Assembly (NCBI GenBank): GCA_964291215.2
Contig: OZ219791.1
Coordinates: 1,568,001 to 1,632,000, forward strand
Source: Alphaproteobacteria bacterium
GTDB taxonomy: Bacteria; Pseudomonadota; Alphaproteobacteria; MPNO01; UBA830
Direction: 5' to 3'
Length of the DNA stretch: 64,000 bases
Shown one piece after another: positions 41,941 through 49,887 of this stretch. The notes under the pieces are model-generated. The model saw only the letters and a program-made list of their open reading frames with translations, was not told the DNA's origin and did no database searches. Each line of letters opens with the position of its first letter. Within the stretch, counting starts at the first letter, position 1. The translations under genes were made by a program, and so were the position numbers.

Positions 41941-42782
41941 CAGCCCCTGCCTGGCGAACGTTTACCTGCACTACGTGACTGGTTCCAGAACCATTGGCGC
42001 AAACGGATGACTGACACGATCATCGTGCGCTATGCGGATGATTTTGTGTGCGGCTTTCAGGATCAGGGCGATGCGAAGCGCTGGGACCTCGGGGAGAGGT
42101 TGGCTCACTTGAACTGCACCCGGACAATCATCGAGTTCGGTCGGTTTGCGAGAGCGAACCGCCGGAAGCGGGGGCAAGGCGTTCGACTTCCTCGGTATGA
42201 CGCACTATTGCGAGCAGACGAGGAAGGGCAAGTTCAGGGTCGGCCGCAAACTATCCCAGAAACGGGCACCCTGCGGCGGATCAAGGAGGCGCTGCGCAAG
42301 CGGTGGCACGACAATCGGCACAAGACGGCCAAGTGGCGAGTGATCAAAGGCTGCTACTACGCCGTTCCGGGAAGCAGCCTGCGGGAGTTCATATACCAAT
42401 GCAAACTGCTGCGTGCCCTTCGGCGACGCTCCCAAAAGGACCGCACCGATTGGAGGGTCTTGGACACCCTTATCGCTGCCCACTGAGCCAGCATCCGCCA
42501 CCCGTGGCCAAACCAGCGCCTTGTCGTCAGGACCTGAGGGAGGAGCCGGATGCGAACAGCGCACGTCCGGATCCGTGCGGGGGGACCGGGGTAACCCGGT
42601 TCCCTACCGCGATGGAGCACGCATCGGGTTTCCCGGGGTAGAGACGGCGGCAATTCGGGACGGTACAGCAGTGAAAGACCGGAAGGTGAGGAGGACAGAC
42701 AGGATGGTGTGAGCCTTGAATGTCAAGGACCGCGTCCATGACCGCGAACCGGGAAAGGACGCGGAGTCCTCCTGACTGGCGG

Positions 42783-42796
42783 GTGCGCCAGGCTAA
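42783..42796 (+). ncRNA. 5' end of a second copy of the inner group II intron
   Basis: gtgcgccaggctaa identical to the reconstructed 5' end at 36606. Confidence 0.6.
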
Positions 42797-43447
42797 CCCG
42801 AAGTTCCAGAAAATTCCGGCTGAAATGCACGTCAAATCATTGATGCAGCGTGGTTTATCGGATTTTTCGTGCGTCATATTGTACCCATGTAATACTGTGT
42901 TGGATGCTTGAGATCCATGAATCTGCCGCCTATATGCAGTAGCCATGTATATCGAATCCATCCCCAACCGCTCGTCCCCGCCCGCCATCCTGCTCCGCGA
43001 GTCCTGTCGCGAAGCCGGAACGGTCAAGAAGCGCACTCTCGCCAACCTTTCCAGGTGGTCGCCCGCTCTCATCGAGGGATTGCGCATTCTGCTCAAGGGA
43101 GGAACCGCAGGTCTCGACGACGCCTCGTCCGCTCTCTTCCCCATGGTCATGTGGCCGCAGTGCTGGGAACCCTGAAGAAACTGGACCGGCGGATCGACAT
43201 GAAGCCTTCTCCCGAGCGCGATCAGGTTCTCGCCATGATCGTGGCACGCATCCTTGAGCCCGCCTCGAAGCTGGCCAGGGGGCTGGCCGAGGCCACCGCG
43301 GTCAGCGCCTTGGGTGAGCTCCTCGATGCGGAGTTGGACGAGAATGCCCTCTACGGCGCCGGCTCCTGGAACGTCAGGAGAGGATTAAGCGATCCCTGGC
43401 GGCACCTCGAAGAAGGCTGTCTGGTGCTGTATGACCTGACTTCAGTG
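42797..43447 (+). mobile_element. IS1634-family element, 5' part, decayed
   Basis: MYIESIPNRSSPPAILLRES, KKRTLANLS, PHGHVAAVLG, PASKL, LVLYDLTS. Confidence 0.88.
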
Positions 43448-43630
43448 GATTACGCAACCTGATGTCTGGAAATTGTCGTGAAGCTCTCAGTCATCGAGCT
43501 GTTCCCATTTGATCTTGGTTTCGGTTTCCCATTTGTAACTGCCCAGGTCTGCTTCCGGCGATCAGCCACGGGTTATGGACTGAATCTTCCGGTCTGCTGC
43601 CGCGGACGCGGAGGCGAGCGGCGGGGGATT

Positions 43631-45033
43631 TCAGAGGCGCAGTCTCGGGATCAGCTGCATGGGATCGGGATGCGCCAGGGTTTCGAGGACATTCCAGCGT
43701 TGCTTTCGGGCTGTTGCGATGACGGAACGCAGGCTGGCGAAGTCGCGGGCGCCTTGCATTGATCGGAAGCCGCCCGAGATTTTCTGGCGCAGCTTGCCCA
43801 TGCGGAGGTCGCGCTCGGCCTGGTTGTTCGAGAAGGGGGTTCTCGGGTCGGTGAGGAAGCGCAGGCAGCCCTCCTTGTATTTCTGGAGCCGGAGGGCGAG
43901 GTTGTGACCGATGCGGCGCTTTTGTCGTCCGTGCTTTCCGCTCTGGAGGGGCGCCATCTCTTCGTGAGAGGCGATGGCCTGCTCAAGGATGCGGTCCCAG
44001 GCTCGGGAGATGCGGGCCACCAGTGAAGCGGGCAGGTCGCGGTCATTCTTGCGGGCGAAGCGGGCGGCTCTGTTGGCACGGCTGAGGAGCGGGTGCGTGG
44101 TGGCTGCCCAGTTCTCGATCTCGATCAGGGCTTGGAGTTCGCGCAGGTGATGGGCATTGCAGGCCCCGTGGCGCACGCCTTGGAGAGCGAAGTAGGTGGC
44201 GTAGTCGTCATGGATGACGATGCCGTTGAGCTTCTCGTCGATGTGGCTGCGCCCGGCGGCGATGCGCAGGATGGTCAGCAACGGGGTGCACAGTACGTGG
44301 AGCCATTGGGTCCGGGCGGCGATGCGGATGCCGGTCTCGTCGAGGTGTTTGACCGGGGCCGCGGTGCGGATGATCTCGCCGACACGGTCGAGGAAGCCCT
44401 CGAAGCGCCGGGCGGTGCGTCTGCCCATGGCGGCGATGGTGGCGGTTGAGAGCCTGACCGCGAAGAGGTCGCTCATGACTTCGGCGACGCGCTTCTCCGG
44501 AATGAACTGCGCGTGCAGCAGGTAGGTCACCCACGCGGTGATACGCGGCCCGTACTGGACCGGGGCGCCGTTCGGGAAGACGGCTGTCGTCACGGTGCCG
44601 CAGGCGGCACAGAGGCAGCGGTGCTCGGTGACCTGCGGTTCGGGCACATCGAAGACCTGCCGGCAGACGGGGGCTCGGTGACGCTCAGCGGCCGACAGCG
44701 GCGCGCCGCAGCCCGCACAGGCGCAGGGATCATGATCGACGACGTGGTCGGGCGTCGCGGTCCGCTCCAGAGTGGTTCCCTTGTGGCTGGCCGCCGCCTG
44801 TCGGACGTGCCGCTCCGGGTGCGCTGGGGTCCGCTCTTCTTCTTCAGACCGTCGCTGGCCGGCGACCGGGAGCTGGTGGTGCTGTCGAGCGCGGCACTGC
44901 GCTCGAGTTCGGCAATCCGCTCGCGCAAGTGGGCGTTCTCCCGCTCCAGCGCGTCGTTCTCCCTGACCAGCGCCGCGCTCAGGCGCAGCAGCCCCTGGCC
45001 CGGATGGCTTTGATGACCGTCATCGCCAGGCAT
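43631..45033 (-). pseudogene. IS66-family transposase with frameshifts and small deletions
   Basis: LDSTTSSRSPASDG, APVQYGPRI, HLDETG, CNAHHLREL, FSNNQAERDLRMGKLRQKISGGFRS. Confidence 0.9.
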
Positions 45034-45101
45034 TGTGGGGTGAAAAGGTCCTGCAGGCACGCAAAAGCCTCGTCGTGGCCGGCGAGGTCCTCGCGCCACC
45101 G

Positions 45102-45761
45102 TCACGGGACCTCGACGGCCATGATCGCGGCCAGCACCGCCAGGCGTTCGCCCGCCGGCATGGCCTCGTAGAGCCGGCCCCAGTTGGCCGCCTTGCGCTT
45201 GATGCGCTGGCGGTCGGTGAAGTTCCGGCCGGCGAAGCGCGCCCAGTGCACCCGGTCGGGCGCGAAGTTGAACCACACCACCTCGGTCCGCACCCGGGCC
45301 TGGGTCGTCACCTGCAGCGCCAGCCGGCGCCAGCCCGACAGCAGGTCGTCATAGAGCGCAGACGGGTGGCCCGAGACCATCACCTGGCAGGGCAGACCCT
45401 TGAGCAGCTCAAGCAGCGCGACGTGGTCGGCCTCCGCATACTCGAAGCGGTAGCGCTGCGACGAACGCCGGGTCGCGTGCAGATAGGGCGGATCGCTGTA
45501 GACCAGCTCCGGGCCCAGAAACGCAAACGACGCCAGAAAGGAGTGGGCGCAGCCATGCACCAACTCCACCGGGTAGTCGCAGCCAAAGGCCTCAAGCGCC
45601 CGCTCATCGAGGTCGATCCCGATCGAGCGCACGGCAGCAGGCTTGCGCTTCATCAGCGCACCGCCCCCCAGGTGACTCTCGATATAGACAGAGTGCGGCG
45701 GCATCAGCGCAATCAGCGCCTGGCTCAGACCCGTCGTCGCCTTCGATCCGAAATACCCCAC
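45102..45761 (-). CDS. D12/Dam-class N6-adenine DNA methyltransferase, apparently intact
   Basis: GTG start after RBS gggaggag; YFGSK, YIESHLGGGA (motif I), GIDLD, YSDPPY (motif IV), VMVSG, TEVVWFNF. Confidence 0.9.
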   Translation of the reverse strand: MGYFGSKATTGLSQALIALMPPHSVYIESHLGGGALMKRKPAAVRSIGIDLDERALEAFGCDYPVELVHGCAHSFLASFAFLGPELVYSDPPYLHATRRSSQRYRFEYAEADHVALLELLKGLPCQVMVSGHPSALYDDLLSGWRRLALQVTTQARVRTEVVWFNFAPDRVHWARFAGRNFTDRQRIKRKAANWGRLYEAMPAGERLAVLAAIMAVEVP

Positions 45762-46231
45762 CAGCCGCTCCTCCCATGCGAGAGGGCAACCCATAGGCGC
45801 GCGCGCCTATGCAGTCAAGGCCGAGAGCAGCGACACGGCGAACAAAATCAGCAAGCTCTCACACTTGGCAGGGTACCTGGGTAGTTACTCCCATTTTTCG
45901 TCGATGAGGACCGCGGTTAAGAGGCGCTCCAACGAGGCGAGGTTCGGAAAGACCCTGACTTTGGAGGTGCGCCGCTTGAGCTCTTGCTGGATCGGCCGCT
46001 CGATACCGTTCGAGGTTCGCATGCGCTTGCGGTGAGCATCGGGCAAGGTGAAGACAGCGAGCCCCGCATTCTTTTCCAGCCAGGAAGCTTGGATGCTTGT
46101 CGCGATAGCTGGCCACGAGGGCGCCCAGTTCAGCCTCGGCGGTTTGGAGTGAGGAGGCGTTCCAGACGGTTCCGAGCTGTTTTCCAATACGTTTCCTGAT
46201 GTCGTTGTTCGGTGCACGGCGTTTTGCGCTA

Positions 46232-47350
46232 GTGTCTTGTCATTCGTCAAATATCGGATAAAGGCGTTTGAGTTTCACGCGGGCATCGTCGGTGGTGAAC
46301 TGCCAATCCACCTTGGCCTGGATGCGGTCGCCTGCCAAGCGGCAACTTCCCGGCGTAGCACCTCGATGCAGTCGATGCGGCGGTTCAGGCGGATCATGAC
46401 GTTGAGTTCCACCACGTTCAGCCAACTGCCATGCTTGGGGGTGTAGACGAACTCGAAGCGGTCCCACAGGGCCTTGGCCTCGTCCGGCGGGTAGGCCTCG
46501 TAGAGGGCGCCGGGGAGTGTTGAGATTGTCCATCACCAGGGTGATGGTGGTGGCATCTTGGTAGCGCCCGGCGATGTCGGCCAGGAACTGCGCCCAATCG
46601 ATCTTGCGCTCGGTTACCTTGGTCATGCGCTTGCCGGCCAGGGGTTCCATGAAGACGTTGCAGGTACCGCAACGTCGATACTCGTAGTCGTTACGCGCTG
46701 GCTGTCCCGGCGCCATGGCGATCGGTTGCCGTGTCTCGCCGGTCGGGGCGTTTCGTCCATGCAGACCACGGGGAAAGCGGCGGGACGGCGATCGAGTACC
46801 TTCGCTGCGGCGAAGTCGGCGTTCCCTTGAGGAGGAATCACCCACCCGCTGCCATGGCTTGAGGCAGTTTTTTTAGAACACGCCGCACCGTCTCGTGTGA
46901 CACGGTGTAACCAAGCTCGACAACGCGGTCGGCCAGCAGCCGCAACGACCATTGCGCGTAACCCTCAGGCGGTTCACCACAACTCAGGGCCACCAAGCGC
47001 GCCTCGAAGACGCCGTCGGCTTTTCGCATGTAGGTAGGACGGCGTCCTTGCCGGCCACCCAATGCCGCCTCCAACCCCTCGAAACGCTTCTTTACTCGGT
47101 CTACTTTGCGCATGCTGATGCGCAGAATCTCAGCAATGACCTTCCCAGTCATCTGGCATTCATTGAACGCGCTCTCGTCGCAGTTAAGCAGGGCGTTGAT
47201 TACCTTTTGCGACAGGTGCGAGCCCTTGATCTCCGAAAGTTCTGCCCGTTCGTCCAGGGTCACCACGTAGCGTTTCATACTCCGACCTCCATCCCGAATG
47301 GACGGACAGTCTAGCACCAAATGTACGACATATCATTGCTGACATAACAC
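46232..47350 (-). mobile_element. IS630-family element, decayed
   Basis: TIRs gtgtcttgtca / rc gtgttatgtca, TA duplicated; WSLRLLADR, VVCMDETP, DYEYRRCGT, LVMDNLNT. Confidence 0.9.
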
Positions 47351-47804
47351 TAGGTGGAACTGGCAGCGCTGCCACGTCGCCGTGCCCAGCACCGCGCGTC
47401 GTGCCGCTTTCAGCCCGGCATCCGAGACGATGAAGGTCGTACCATGCAGGGCTAGCAAGCTTTCCAGGAAGGCTCTCCAATGGACCTCGGCCTCGGAGAG
47501 CGCCACAGAGAGCCCCAGAACGTGCCTGCAGCCCCTATTCCGATGGCCGAGAGCACTGCAACATCGCGCACAACGCCGTCATGGCGGGCTTTTTCATAGC
47601 GCGCATCCAGGATCAGGTATTTCATCAGGGGCCGGTTGCGCGGCGAGTTCTTCATCGAGCAACCTGGTGGCCCGGCTGACCTGAGAAGAGGACAGGCTCC
47701 CGAACTCGCGCATTACATCCTGCCGCGTGGAAACACCTTTGATGTACATCTCGGCTACGGCGCGAGAAGATCGCTGGCCGCGTTCAAGCGACTGGGGACG
47801 GGTC

Positions 47805-49057
47805 GATTACGCAACCTGATGTCTGGAAATTGTCGTGAAGCTCTCAGTCATCGAGCTGTTCCCATTTGATGTATGCCTTGGTTTCGGTTTCCCATTTTTC
47901 GTCGATGAGGACCGCGGTTGAGAGGCGCTCCAACAAGGCGAGGTTCGGAAAGACCCTGACTTTGGAGGTGCGCCGCTTGAGTTCTTGCTGGATCGGTCGC
48001 TCGATGCCGTTCGAGGTTCGCATGCGCTTGCGGTGAGCATCGGGCAAGGTGAAGACAGCGAGCCCCTCGGGCGCATTCTTTGATGCTTGTCGCGATAGCT
48101 GGCCACGAGGGCGCCCAGTTCAGCCTCGGCGGTTTGGAGTGAGGACGCATGGCTCCGAGCTGTTTTCCAATACGTTTCCTGATGTCGTTGTTCGGTGCAC
48201 GGCGTTTTGCGCCAAGTGGAACTGGCAGCGCTGCCACGTCGCCGCGCCCAGCACCGCGCGTCGTGCCGCTTTCAACCCAGCATGGTCATCCGAGACGATG
48301 AAAGTCGTGCTATGCAGGGCTAGCAAGCTTTCCAGGAAGGCTCTCCAATGGACCTCGGCCTCGGAGAGCGCCACAGAGAGCCCCGGAACGTGCCTGCAGC
48401 CCCTATTCCAATGGCCGAGAGTACCGCGACATCGCGCACAACGCCGTCATGGCGGGCTTTTTCGTAGCGCGCATCCAGGTATTTCATCAGGGGCCGGTTG
48501 CGCGGCGAGTTCTTCATCGAGCAACTTGGTGGCCCGGCTGACCTGAGAAGAGGATAGGCTCCCGAACTCGCGCATTACATCTTCGGCTTGCCGCGTGGAA
48601 ACACCCTTGATGTACATCTCGGCTACGGCCAGCATGACGGCGCGAGAAGATCGCTGGCCGCGTTCAAGCGACTGGGGGGTCGTCCCCGTGACCGGCCGTC
48701 TTTGGCACCTGAACGGTAACAGTGGGGGTGTCGATCCGCTTGTAGCCGTTGGCATAGCCCTGTCGTTCCGGTGTCCGGTGGCCCGCTTTCAAGTGCTGCT
48801 CGCGCTCGATTTGCATCGCAAGCTCGAAGAGCTGACCAAAGATCCGCCCCAGATCCGTTGCTCCGTTTGCGATCAGATGTTCCAAAACAGTCCCGATCGT
48901 CGTAGTGTGTCGCAGGTCCATTCGCTTCCTCCATGAATGTTTACAGCTCCATGGGATAGCACGATGGCGCCGCGTTTCACTGGGGGGCTAGCCCCCCCAG
49001 TGAAACGCCTCAAAGCGCAAACCTCAGACAAATTTCCAGACATCAAGTTACAGTACC
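47805..49057 (-). mobile_element. IS256-family copy B, both ends present, decayed
   Basis: IRs gattacgcaacctgatgtctggaaatt / rc ggtactgtaacttgatgtctggaaatt; AEMYIKGVSTR, VSDDHAGL. Confidence 0.9.
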
Positions 49058-49086
49058 ACGACCCACGACTCTACCACGACTCTTTC

Positions 49087-49444
49087 TCTCCATGCTCCGA
49101 ACGCGCCCGCAAACAACGCGATCACCCTCGCAATCATCATCCGCAACAAGCGCAAGCTGCGCAAACCCTTCAACAGCTTCGTCGACACCACCATGCGGAC
49201 AAGCGCAAGCAGGTCCTGCACGCAATCACAAGACCAGGCTGACCGCGCCTCTCTCCCCGACAGAAACTGCAAGCTTTCGAGCCCGGCAACCAAGGCCTCT
49301 CGCCCGCCCCGGATACGCCGACCAATCGCGCCCCGCGCCGTAACAGCGCGTCAGCAAATCTCAAAATCGCAGCCTCGAACGCGTCGACCCGTGCCGCGAT
49401 CAGGACTCCGATCACATCACATCAACAAGCATGGGATCACCTTG
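49087..49444 (+). mobile_element. Right-end fragment of a second DUF4338-ISAs1-like copy
   Basis: Colinear with 30492-30854; ends in agcatgggatcaccttg. Confidence 0.88.
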
Positions 49445-49454
49445 GGCTTCCACC

Positions 49455-49647
49455 CACGACGATCCCATGCTAATTCGGAGACGCGAAATCCGAATACGTT
49501 GGGGCTCGGCTCATCACAAATCGCCTCCTTGATCGCAATTTTCGTGCTGAGAAGGCCCCATCGAGCCTTGGCGGCACGATTGCAGCGCGACGCAAACTGT
49601 AAAAATCTCGCCAGTCGTCGCCGGATTAGCAGCGTGGGATCACCGTG
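49455..49647. mobile_element. MITE family A, copy 4
   Basis: cacgacgatcccatgct ... agcgtgggatcaccgtg; perfect 9-bp TSD gcttccacc. Confidence 0.92.
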
Positions 49648-49728
49648 GCTTCCACCGGTTGGTTGCATCCCGTCCGAAGTGATAAACAAGGGTTCGGGCT
49701 GCCATCTGTTCCGCTTGGAGGATGCTAA

Positions 49729-49876
49729 GAGTTTGTTCCTAAAGTCGTGGGTGGCCCTGAGCCATGGTATTTTATCAAGCTACAACCCACAGATGGAGGG
49801 TATCATGGCTTCCGGGGCGGCGCGGCCTCCATCCAACCAGAATCTTGGGGTTGTCCGCGACTTTAGGAACAAACTC
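49729..49876. mobile_element. 148-bp IS5-family (IS1031-like) MITE
   Basis: Perfect 19-bp TIR gagtttgttcctaaagtcg; TAA duplicated on both sides. Confidence 0.88.
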
Positions 49877-49887
49877 TAAGTCCGCCG

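Larger units (their letters stand above)
36606..42613 (+). mobile_element. Inner group II intron with decayed RT ORF (~39430-39953 + 41941-42530)
   Basis: 5' GTGCGCCAGGCTA|ACTGG; RT motifs AAAGVDG, GTPQG, SPCLANVYLHY, RYADDF, FDFLG; DV gagccggatgcg..cacgtccggatc and DVI ending ctaccgcgat. Confidence 0.9.
36293..42782 (+). ncRNA. Outer group II intron, 5' RNA domains only (36293-36605 + 42614-42782)
   Basis: 5' GTGCAG start, gcgggtgcaagtcccgc stem, gaagcctcgaaa; stem gatgcg/cgcatc is re-formed when the inner intron is removed; no DV/DVI found. Confidence 0.6.
43535..45888 (-). mobile_element. IS66-family single-transposase element 2 carrying an adenine methyltransferase gene
   Basis: TIRs gtaact(g/a)cccaggt (13/14); 8-bp TSD tcccattt (43527-34, 45889-96). 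Confidence 0.93.
43448..47804 (-). mobile_element. IS256-family copy A (decayed; hosts IS66 element 2 and IS630)
   Basis: End gattacgcaacctgatgtctggaaatt; MRTSNGIER, KVRVFPN, LDARYEK, WQRCQFHL. Confidence 0.88.

Noticed and set aside
41503-42486. ORF-track 327-aa recombinase-reverse transcriptase fusion
   Set aside because: Artefact of LSR read-through across its att site plus a frameshift in the decayed intron RT; not a retron, DGR or novel fusion.
45102-45761. Link between the Dam-class MTase and the GATC in the MITE/ISAs1 TIRs, or GATC as the trigger for deletions
   Set aside because: Specificity cannot be read from sequence, and GATC remains abundant in both host genes and eroded elements.
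49055-49085. Short repeats ccacgac(tct) next to the IS256 end as a CRISPR or tandem array
   Set aside because: Only three 7-10-bp units with no spacers; no CRISPR array or cas gene anywhere in the window.
9881-49647. Idea that MITE A targets a palindrome CACGNNGATCNNCGTG and duplicates GATC
   Set aside because: 9-bp direct repeats lie outside the CACG/CGTG termini in all five complete elements, so these bases belong to the TIRs.
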